Source: Bugula neritina
Taxonomy: Eukaryota > Animalia > Bryozoa
Assembly (NCBI GenBank): GCA_964035545.1
Contig: OZ037767.1
Location: 20,972,628-21,036,627, forward strand
Reading direction: 5' to 3'
DNA length: 64,000 bases
Of this stretch, positions 1 through 12,100 are shown piece by piece. Under the pieces are notes generated by a model, which ran no database searches, was not told the origin of the DNA, and saw nothing but the letters and a program-made list of their open reading frames with translations. A program made the translations under genes and the position numbers. How positions within the stretch are numbered: the first letter of the stretch is position 1; each line of letters starts with the position of its first letter.

Positions 1-1888
1 TGTGGAAAGTGTTTTCATTCTTATGCTTTACATGCATTTTTGTTTCCTGTATTCACAAGTCACATTATCTTACACAATAGAAAGCAAACCTTACTCCACC
101 AATGGGCAGAGGTTCAACAACATTCTGCAGATTGCTATGGATAGTTCTCTTCAGTTATACAGATTACACCTGAGAAAGACTTACATTGGGATGTCTCACG
201 ATGAGATGTTGGAATGGTTTGAGTCTCTCATAATACCTCCAGCGTGATATCCCACCTTTACCGCACATGTCTCTCTCCATAATGAACCTGCCTCTCATTT
301 TCTTTATCTGCAGATATTAATAGAGCAAAAAATTAAATTAACTAATAATGGTATTAGCACAGATATGCTGATACATTATAGCTAATATCAAGCTACACAC
401 AGAGATGGGTGCACACAAACCAACAAGAACTATCTGCTAGGAAGCAGTCAGGTATTGCATCTCACCTTGTTTCGGACTTGCTTGGCCGTTTTGTTAGTGC
501 CAATGTCCGCAGCTATTAGATTCATGGCATTTTCATTCCGCGACTGGTTGATCATGGCGGCATTTTCTGACCAGCTGTTAATAAGGGCATCAACTTCATC
601 AACCGACCAAGGTACAGTGTCATCTTGTAGGGTAGCACTCGGCTCTGCAAAAGTCTCTCAGATATTACATAATGTAGTGAAATCAAAATGATCATAAGAA
701 ACAATGATGTTATATTCCAACAGTTCATTATGAGAGTTGAAAATGTTAGCATTTAGAAACTATTAAATGGTTTCATATTAACAAATTCTAATCTCAAATG
801 TCAAACATATAAATTTATGATAATTTTGATACGAGAGAGTTTGAAGGGTGCTGGAGTGCTATTTTTCTTTAGCAAACTTTTCAACTCAAGCAGATATTTA
901 CAGCTTGCAATGTTTGAAATATAAGATTCTGCCCAAAAACTATAATCAAATCTTTAAAAACTCAATTAAATAAATCATGAGCTCAACACTTCATAGCCCT
1001 TTATAAATGTATTACATTACAGTATGACATTGAGTTTGACAATGACCACCACATTCACTATGAGTATCAGTATGACTATCAGTATTACTATCAGTATCAG
1101 AATCACTGAATGAGTGAGTATGACAATGAATCACTGAATGTGATAGTAATACTATCAGTATCAGCTTCAGGTATCACTATTAATTTATGTATGAGCATCG
1201 TATTTTTGTACTTATACTTATTCTATGAGTATGAGTATATGTATCACGATTACTATCATTATGACTATCACAGTCAGTATGAGTATCAGTATGTCGTATG
1301 ACTATGGGTATGTGGGCATCACTATCACTACCAGTATAAGCATCAGCATGCATAAATCCAAACTCCAAAGTATTACAATTACAATAATTATTATAAAAAT
1401 AAAATTTAAATCAACATGTAATTTAACTTAAAGTTAAAAGTTGAAATAGTTAAAAAACAAAAGTGATATTAAAACTCACAAAGTACAACTACTACTACTA
1501 CTAGTACTACAAGACCATCACCGAGACGTAATACGGTAATAGATTTAGTATTACATTATGATTATGATTATAATTAAGTGAATATAAATATAATCATTAT
1601 TGTGACAATCTGCATCAACTAAATAACTTTTAGTTTTACAACCTCGAACTTCAGACTAGATAATAGCCACAGTAACAACAGATATGCCTATAGCCTATTA
1701 CAATGAGCGAGTTGAGCAGAGCCAGAGTTGCGCTCACAACGTACTGGAGTGATCGTATAAAATGATACGGAGACTTGAAACTGAAACAATTATCTACCAG
1801 CCCGAGAACATAAAAGTTAATTAAAAAATAACAAATTCACATAGGTTGTGTTTATACCTTCTTTGGGATCTTCTTTGTCAGTTTCCAT
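1..1888 (-). CDS. Myb/SANT-like (MSANTD/trihelix-type) DNA-binding protein, spliced, 3' end beyond window
   Basis: Phase-compatible GT-AG exons 1888-1858 (METDKEDPKE), 644-466 and 307-185, probably plus short exons near 127-98 and below 50. Joined translation WSVDEVDALINSWSEN...RNENAMNLIAADIGTNKTAKQVRNKIKKMRGRF...SRWRYYERL fits the Myb_DNA-bind_4 pattern. Absent from the ORF track because it is spliced. Confidence 0.8.
1010..1345. repeat. Degenerate hexamer repeat (AGTATG/ACTATC-like) in intron 1 of the Myb/SANT gene
   Basis: 6-bp periodicity; source of the spurious MSMSICITIT and YEYEY ORFs. Confidence 0.75.
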
Positions 1889-2325
1889 AATTATAAACAG
1901 TGTAGAATAAGTTATCAACGTGTAAAACGCATTTATTATTTTGTTTTTCAAATTTTCAAAAATTATGGCTCGGGCCAGCTAAAATGGTTCGCATCTACTA
2001 CCATCTAGAAGAGTTATGACGTCGACATTAGATCAACCAATTGAAAATGTTGAGCTACTTAGCTCTTTTGTTTAAAAGACAAGAAACTTATTTTAGGTCA
2101 ACACAAGCACATTGCCCCGTTTGTTATTGACACAAATCCGTAACTACTCACAATTGCCATTAAAATTATTAATATTATAATTCCATTTTGCTTTTAGGCT
2201 ACGTACGTAGGTTTTTTTGTTACGATGTCTGTCACAAGTCCTAGTTTATTTGTTTTATTGTGAAATTTTGTTTTCAGTTTAAATTGTAAATTAATTCTAA
2301 ACAAATTGTATCGGCTGATATTCAA

Positions 2326-2612
2326 CTAATACTAATAGTAATACTAATAAGTAATAGTAATACTAATACTAATAGTAATACTAATAGTAATAGTAATACT
2401 GATAGTAATAGTCCAATACCTAAACTTCACTTATATTAATATTATAAGTTATATGTATACTTATAGTACTACTACTACTACTAGTAGTAGTAGTACTAGT
2501 ATAATAACTATAAGCTAAAAATAAGTATTCATACTGATACTAATACTAATAGTAATACTAATAGTAATAGTAATAGCGTTCTAGAACGATTACTATTAGT
2601 ATTAGTATTAAT
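2326..2612. repeat. (TACTAA/TAGTAA)n low-complexity repeat
   Basis: Repeated ctaatactaatagtaa units. Confidence 0.75.
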
Positions 2613-3189
2613 GTTATTTAAAATCTAAGTTTAGTTACCAATCATAATTTATTCAATAGAAGATTTTGCTCAACTTTTGCTACAAGTACAACTAGTGCTC
2701 TTTTATATAATGTATTGCTATGTCAATTATAATTAACATGAAGTGTTACTGTTTCATGATTGTATCATTATGTAAAAATAGAAATATAAACATGCCTTTA
2801 AGTTTAAGAGAAAGTCTAAATTCTAGTATATCATTACTGTTTGCATTTTGATGAAGTGATGTTAGTTGAAAGCTTTTAAAAAGCTTTCTAGTACTTGAAT
2901 GTGTGTAATATTGTTTATTAACTATTGCTATCATTTTTGTCCAATTAAAGTTTTTGAGCAGCTGTTTTATTTTACTAATTTATAATAGCCTGTAATCATT
3001 CAAGCTTTGAACAATTTGTAGAAAGTTACTTTTTCCAACTTGCTTGAAAAGTATTTCTCAATTGTCATTTTTTCATAGTGCACTTTTCTCTCACAATATG
3101 TGTAGGTCTGTTTGTTTTGTTTGTAGGGAAGAGTAAGTAATCAGCATCTTTGAATGATTGAATCTGTCAGTTGAAGCAAAAATCTAGTC

Positions 3190-6100
3190 ATGGCCGCACC
3201 CCCAGCCTTAGGTAAGCATTGAACTATAACTATAGTTTTAGTTCAGTGTAGGTAAGATGATCCTAAATCCCAAAATTTCAATTTTGCCTGGTACTGTTCT
3301 AAAACATAAAACCTTGTTATAGCAAGCTAAACTTCTGTATTAGCATATATTGACCCTTCTATTTCTTGCAGTTGAACATTGCTAGTTTTCTTTGTTTTCC
3401 TGTCCTTAGATGAGATGTTGTTGCTTCATGTCAAGTTCTATAATTAGTTTTATGAAAAATCTTTCGTAAATTATTTGGTTGTAATTTTTACACAATTGTA
3501 TAGTATTTGTAGTGTTTTAACTTTTTTTCTAAGAATAAGTGGGAGGCTTGATTTAATTTTAAGTGATCAGCGATTAATAGTTGTTTAGCCAACCACTCCC
3601 ATTGTGCTATTCTGAAGTAATCATAGTGTAATACTAGTGACCAATTCCACCTATCAACAGCTTCGGCTAGAATGTAAGCAATAGCACAGCGCTGTTCACT
3701 CATTGTATAAATTCTCATTATGTTGGAAGCTTAGAGTCCATAATTTATGTTATACAAATATTCATATAGGGTATTTACATATCTGAACCTTATTTCAGCA
3801 ATTTGTAATTTGTAAATGGAATCACTCAAACAGCAATTTGACTTAAGTTCTTACAGGTCGTTACTCTCATCAGTATAATAGTGTGGGTATAGGCTGTCTC
3901 TCTTTTGAGTTATATAATTTGTTTTAATAAGTTTAGTTCTATTTTTTTAAATCAGTGCGCTTAGCAGTTAGCATATTATTCCAAAAAGTAGTTTTTAAAT
4001 AAGTATCCCAAAATATATATAATATGAGTAGCCAGCATATATATTATATTAGTACAAGATTTAAAAACTAGCTACTAAAATTGAAATATAGGACATGGGG
4101 GGGGGGGATAAGTTCGTATGAACTATTATACGGGAGGTTTATTGCATGCACTGGTTAGTACCTCTTCCAATCAATACTGAGGATAATTGGGGGTTTTATA
4201 TCGCTGCATCTGTAATATAGTACAGTGGCATCACGTTATGCATTATTTATGCTCAAGCAACCATTTCTTAATGCTATGCAACCCAATATACTTGATGTAT
4301 ATAATATACTATATCTGTTAGTTCCTCATCATCTTGTACACAATAGTGTATAAGCAATTTCTTTCAAACTCACAATTGGGAGCTCGTTGTTTCTTGGAAG
4401 ACTAGGTGGTGTCCGAATGTAATATACACCTAGTATATAGTACGAACATCTATGAGTGTAGTAGGTGTCTATGAGTATATAAAATACAATTTAGCTTAAT
4501 GGTCTTGGAACAAAGCACTGCATTCCTGTTTAGATTAGATACAATTCAGAGTGTTGTTTACTTTTGTTTAAATCAATAATACCTAAAAATAAATTGTTAA
4601 GGCAGTAGTTATTTCCTGCTCCTAATTTATACAACTAGCTGTTGACTCACTTGCCATCATCTAATGAGTTTAAGAGTTGTTCTTGTGCTAGCATAAAGAG
4701 ACTATAAACTAGTCTTAAGGTCATAATACTACATGGTACGGAATCATAAAGTTTTATTTGTAAGTTTAATTGAGCAAAGTCTTACTTATGTTATGCAGCA
4801 AAGCATAAGTAATGGAACTGCTTTAAGAAATGTAATTATTGTAATAGCATTAAAGTGACTTTTAATTTGGCATATTTTGCTCTACTGTATTGAATTATGT
4901 TTCAATAAATAAATTAAATATGCTGCCACATAGATCAGATTTTTCTACAGACAGCAAAATAGGCCTATTTAGCAAGTTTTAGTAATTTATGTTTTTGTTC
5001 CAATCAATTAAGATTTCGAAATGAAATAATATTTTATAACAGTTGTAGCAAAGCCATTGACAAATATAATTGGTCACTTGCTGTGAGAGATTTTCATGGC
5101 ATGCTGTTTTGCAGCAAAATTCGTGTGACATCACTGATTAACACACTTCATTGGTCAATCAAGTCTCAGTGGAAGATGGTGTTTGCTTCTCAGATTTACA
5201 AATTTAGAAAATTCTGAAATCGGAGTTGTCTGATTAGTTGTTTCTTGTAGTATGTTACTGGTTTTCCTCTGTAGTTGATTTACAAATGATAATATTAAGA
5301 TAACATATCATTAATATTTCACTGTAACTGTTGATACTCGAAATAATGCCTAAAGTCAATAAATTAGTGGGGATAATAATCACTGACTGATAAAAGACAG
5401 GAAAAGTATTTACTCTTGGATCATTTTACCTGCACACACTCGGTAGCTGTATAACAGTGTGTAGTAATTCGAAGGTAGATTGCCCTGAAAGGTGTTCTAG
5501 GATGAAGGTGGAGTAACTGTTATTACTACTAGTACTATGGACGAGTATTTGAAAAAATACGAAAAAGCGACAGGAAGTAAGCCTAGGCCGCAGCCAAAAG
5601 TTCGGCATCATGATAATAAACACCTGCTAACATTGACAAATAAGGATGGTGAGATTATTTCTCCAAATAAGGGGGTAATCAGGGTGGATCCATCAAGTGA
5701 CTCACCTTCAGTTGATGAGTCATATTCGAGTTATGCTAATGACTCATTTATACCAGAAGCTAAACCTGAAGGAGCTGTATCTACCAGTTTAGCAGGTTCG
5801 TCTGGAATAACTGTGAGCAACTCTGAATTCATTTTGAGACCAAAAGCGGTATCTCCGGCCCAATATGGTGAGTTGAGGGATTACTTATCCCATTACAATT
5901 AGCCCTCTACTTGACCTACACACACTACTTGGGAATATTGGTTAGTTACTAGAATCTAAACTAAGTTTTTTGTGCCCTGACTTGTAATGCAGATATTCTC
6001 TGTGTTTAATTATTCAAGAAGTTTTATAGTTGGTAGGAAGTTGTTGCCTCTGTGGTAGAATCCAAACATGGTTTTATCTCCTCCTGCCCTCTTTCTTAGT

Positions 6101-9100
6101 GTATATTTGATCTTTCCTGATGTATATTTGAATCCTTCTTTGTAGGTGTAGACTCTAGTTGTCTTAATGACAACAAATTCTTATAGGTTACTTTAGATCA
6201 ATTGCTAACTGTATAAGGTTACTGACTGAATTTAGTGTCAAAGCCCTTAATCCCAAGTATGTTCCTTAAGGCTGACAAAGTTGCTGCTCTCAATAAATTT
6301 GTTTTTGCTTAGCTTCTGACTTTTATACCTCTTCTCTTTTATTGGCATTTGCAGTTCATCATCCACTTTTATTAGTAGAGTCAGCAGGGTTGTTTGCTGA
6401 CTCAGAAATATCCAACTTTATTATGTGGTGAATAATGAGAGATAGTGTATTTGGTAACTTAAACATGTCCTTTAGTTTAGATCACCCGTTTCTTCCTTAA
6501 CGTGCTCAGCAATAACCACCAGCTGCATACTGTGAGGCAGCAAGTAGATGGAAAGTTGGTCAGCATCATCTGTTAAAATATATTACCATGGTTACAGTAG
6601 ATTATTATAAATGATAGGAAGTTTCTAGATGTAACTAGTTGGGAAATAACTTAGTAGAATCATTAGAATTGATAGCATCAATTTGTTGGTTTGAAAGTTT
6701 TGTCAATATGGTACATTGTGAAGATTCAGGCCTACTTCTTGTATATCTGCTAATGTGTTGTAGATATATTAAATTACAGTTCTATGCCGGAGTAAAATGG
6801 TTTTGCATGCACTTGAAGACAAAATTCAAGTGCAAAATTACTTGCTGCTGTGTCCTAGTATAATAATCAGCTTTGAAATTATCTTCTCATGCCTTTGCAG
6901 AGCATTGTGGAGGCAATTTCTTTTGCAAACAATGTACTATCATCGGAAAGTTGAATTCCTGCCATAACAGCTCATCATTTTCTAAAATGCCAAATGTTTA
7001 AGACCTGTTGTTGACCAAACTTAATGAGTTTGCAATCAGATTTGAACTCGAAAGTGATTTTGCACTTCAAAAAGTGGACCTTTGTTTATTGTTTGACACT
7101 ATATCTTAAATGCTGGTGCTGTGTGTGTAGTTTATCTTCAAAGATGATTATATCATTGTCTATACAAGGTGTATAGCACCATAATATTGAAAGATCCACC
7201 CTACATAACTTCAGCCAATAGGAAATCATTTAATTTAGGTTATCTGAGTACGTAGTAATTTTCTGATTTTTATTATTATGTTTTATTTCAATAGTTATTC
7301 AGAAGTTTTAAGTTTCTCAAAAAGTAGTTAATAAACAAATGAATTGCTTTCATTTTTAAACAAATAACATTAACAATCAAGAGCCTGAAACTTTTTTTCA
7401 GGGGAGTCCACAAATGAGTTCATGCTTAAAGACAGAAATTTTTTATACCTTTAATTATATGCAATAAGCTTAGGCTACTACATGATATCTTAGCTCATTT
7501 AATGTATTCAACTTATGCATTCTTATTACATCCACGCTGTGATTACTTCTGCAGTCGCGTAGTAGCGTGCAACAGAGTTGCATGTTAACTGAGTTATCAA
7601 GTAAGGGGGCTATTTGCGCCGCCCTTGCTACGCTATAGTTGATCTGGTAGTAATCAAATGAATCATATTTTATCAGTCACATGCCTGCAGCAACAGACGA
7701 AAGTGACCTACTCGCGCACACTGCACTGCTATATTTCGTGTGGGCAGTTCATATTTCGATGTGTTCATCGCTTTTGTGTTGCAGAACATTGATCTATTGA
7801 ATGTGTTATCGTCATCTCTCATAGCAGTTAGAGCTGTAAGTTGCTAGTATTTTCATTCTGCAAAATACTATTATTTGGGAAAGGTAGTTTGACATTATTT
7901 ATAAAATTAAATAGTTTTAGCATATTATTTTGAGTTTACTCACTTTTAGTTTTAGCCCATAAGTTAGTAATTAATACTAATACAGGTAAGGTTCCGTTGT
8001 TTTAAACAGTTTTAATAATACTAGCAGTGAGTTTGGTTAAATGTGTACATTTTGCCTTTTTACTATTCAATATAAATTCACTGGTTCCAGATTCTCAAAC
8101 TCAATACACCACTAGTTGAAGCTCAAAACTTGAAGTTTGTAGTTTTGGACTTCAAGTACTAGTAGTGGTGTAGTGAATTTGAGAATTTGGAACCGGTGAA
8201 CTTATTACTAGTATTTGAATGACATATATTTTATTAACGTGCTGACTGCTCACAATGACAATGACTGCTCACAATGACAATGACTGCTCGTCACAATACC
8301 TTACTTTAAACCATAATGCACTATGCAGAGACCTAGTTCTATATATATTTTTTCTAAATATCCAATTATAGTTGTTTTAAAAATAGAAGCATTCAACACC
8401 AAGTTGGAAGTATAAATAGCATTGTTGATAATTGCAGCTAATAGGGGATTAGTAACTGGTTGTGAAAATGTAGTACACAGTAAATATGTAACAATATTCT
8501 GCAATACAGGATGACAAACTTGCATAAAGTAAGGTATCACTACAGTATTATTTCTGCCCTTGCCTACCAGGGAATCTATTTTATGCTGAACGCTATAAGA
8601 CTGTAGGATGTTACAAATTGGCCTACATAATTCTCACTTAGATGACTGCATGTATTCCTGCATGGATAGCCATACAAAGTATATTCTGTGCACTAAAACA
8701 TACAGTTAGCTTACCAAAACTTTATTGCACTTAAATTAGTAATAATGTAATAGTAAAGAACATGACTAGTGTGATCACGCTGATGACTGTCTCCAGAGAT
8801 TGAGTACAGCTCTGGTCAGCTCTGCTGGGAGTTGTGGATATATCCTGGTCAATAGTTCCTTGCTACCAATTACCAGCATACCCCTCTACAGTCTCACATA
8901 TATACAATTATATATTATATTAGGTGCATGTTTCTTGGTTTGGAGTTCAAAGTGAGGGGGCAGTTCAATATACCCATTCTAGATGTTGAAAGCTGGGCAC
9001 TTTTTGATCAAGCCTGCACCTACCTCCTATATACTGCCAGCATAGTACTGTTTAATGCAGGGGTGTCCAACCTTTTCAGACCGAGGGCCAGTCTGCAAGT

Positions 9101-12100
9101 TGCAGCTTGAGCCGAGGGCCACAACATTTTTTCTGTTTTTAAAATCAATTTTCAAGATTCATTAAACATCTGCAGGCTATATGTATTGTAATTATAAGCA
9201 ATGGCTAGGCTTTGCATGTTTATTAAAATCATAACATATTTAAATAGATATATATTATTTATGTGTGTGTATGTGTGTATATATGCATTTAATTAAAAAA
9301 GGTAAACAAGAAACATTTCATTTTTATTACTTTGATAATCAATAATTATATATGCATTTATGTTTGTGCATAAAAAATTATACATATTATATATATACAA
9401 AATATATATTCATGATTGCACATGCAAATGTAAACAAGATGTGCCAGTGCTAAGAGTCTGTACTCATACCAGTATAGTTATATTTTACAACCATCAGTGA
9501 AACACTTGTGAGTACACAGTGAGTACTGTTTGCCTTGAACAATTCTGTTAATATCTGGTTTCGTATCAGAACACATAACCCTTAGTTGCTGGACTAAGTG
9601 CTGACTAGTGATTGAAGTGTAGTATTTATTTTTGTGTATTTCATATGACTGAAAATTGAAAGTTCAAAGTTCAAACCTTCAAGCCATCTCAGTGATAATG
9701 CTATGCAGTGCAGCATCTAACAAGCAGTCAAAGGTCAAGGAGATCACAAATCTCAAATCATTTCAGTACATACTCGCACAAAATTCATTATAAAACAAAA
9801 TTGTTTAGGCATCTAACATTAAAACAGTATGTAAATGAAAACTAACATATACATAAGAATAATTTAGTACTGCATAAGTGGAGTGTGTCCGGGATTCTTT
9901 AACTACTTATCTTTCACATTACAATCATAAAAATGAGCTCTTAGTTATACTTTCAAAAAAGTGTTTTCTCTATATGGCCAGTCCTGATTAAATGTTTTTG
10001 AAATATCTGTCTGCACAGGATAGTTACAGGCAACTTTTTAGCTGCAACTGCCTTGCTGAGGTGTGCATTGCAACTGTGTAAAAATTCAGTACCAGTAAAA
10101 ACAATCTCATTTGATTGTAGGCTACTAGAATCAAAATTTAAAAACTATGTTGTGAATCTCATTTTCCCAGTGCAACTTTTTTGAAATTTTTTCATTCTTT
10201 TGCAAAGTTGTAGAAAAAAACTGCACATTTTTGGCTAATTTTGCCTCAAAAGTTGATGTTTTTTAGTACCAGTAAAATATCTTAGCAGGAAAACATGATA
10301 TCTGAATAAAAAAATCAATGACTTTTAGATTTTATATAAACTGTGGATTTATACTCTGGAAATGGTATATTTTTTTTAAGTAGTAAGCACTGTGCATCAC
10401 TTCACACTTCAGTGAACGCGTAGAGATGAGAATATAATATAGCCGTCTACATTACTATAAGTCACAGGCTTGCTAGCTAACAGACTATAATGACTAGCTT
10501 GCTGTTATTGGTTGTAGTTTGATCTCAGGCTAAACAATGACAAGTAGGCAACACGCATGCCACCCACAAAACAATATTGTAGAAGAACTTAAACTACATT
10601 TTAATAGAAATTCTTAGTGGGATGCTCTCAGCCATTGAACTATAATCCCCTGGAATGGCCAATGTAAATTTTAAACGTCCAAATATTTCAGCCATATTGA
10701 AGAATTCTTATTTTTGGACACCGCCTACTTTCTAATGTAAAAGTAATGGAAATTACTATATTTTGCAGTATTTATAAAACCTTTGGCATCACACCACACA
10801 AGTGAATAATTCCAAAATCTACTCTATTTTTATCTGCTGGTAATAAGGGTTGGCTATAGCATAAAGAAATAAAGCTGGTAGTTATAAAAATATTCTTTTT
10901 TGAAACAACAAAAGCAAGTTGATATCAAGTAAAAACCTAGTATATAATATAACATCTACTTAAATTTAGCTGCTGGTAATAATTGTTGGCTATAGAATGG
11001 AGAAATGAGGCTAGTTGTTATAAAAATATTTTACTTTAAAACAACAAAAGCAAGTAGATATCAATTAAGAACCTGATATATAATATAAGTAATATAAATA
11101 AAAACTAGAAATAAAAAGTCTATTGACTCTTAAAAAGAACATTTTCATTATTTCTCTGTTGACAGCTCACTTTATGTAAAACAAGTTTTTTATTTTAGAC
11201 AAATTGTGTTGAAAATTTTTTTAATATATTTTAACAATGAGGTTGAGTAACGTAGAGTGGTGGTTCTCAATGTCAGTAGAAGTTTCCATAGCATGCTTTT
11301 CAATGCCAAAAATATCGTATCCACCAATCTCCCCCTTCACTGTAAGAATGATCCTAAAATACCATTCTAATAATTTCAAGTTATCAAGCCAGTAAAACAA
11401 TTCAAAAGCTTTTAATCTTTTTAGAAAACACAGGTGTACTCCAAAAACATTCAACTTGCTATGCTGTATGCTGCACAAAATGAAAATACTAATTCTCTCC
11501 AAAAAATGACTTGACAATTATTTAAACCTAATTAATTATGGCTGTTAAAACTGTGTGAACTGGTAGATCTTCATTGCTGGAATTTTTACTCACATTCGTA
11601 TTCTGTGGTGTAACTGGTTTCTAAAAAGAATTTTAAAAGTAACTTGCATAACAAATATAATTTTTGGACAACTTTGAAAGAATGCTAATTTTACACTATA
11701 GTTCAGAACTTAATAAAAGTCTAGATAGAATAGAAACCAACTCTGCTAATGAGACAGCTCCTTCATGCAACCTTCCAGTTTGGCCAGTGGTGTCAATATG
11801 CTGAGGATAAAAATGTTCACTGCACAGTTTTGCAGTTTCTGATAGTTCTTCTTAGCCCCTGGACACTTGCCACCATTCCTTACACATGCTGAAATCCTTT
11901 ATTTTCATTTTGTTAGAGAATCTAAAATAAAAATATATGAATACTTAAAGCTAAAGCTAAGTAAATTTAGTATACAAACTATTAATTTTTGCTGCATATT
12001 ATAATGTTTTTATAAAAAAGCTTTTGCTAAATCCTAATACTAGCCAACTTCTAGTACAATTTTGTGTAAGATCTACTTTGCCTTGGATCATTTATTTGTC

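Noticed and set aside
2-752. ORF-track calls 2-247, 455-691 and 552-752
   Set aside because: Wrong strand or frame; the region is explained by the spliced minus-strand Myb/SANT exons.
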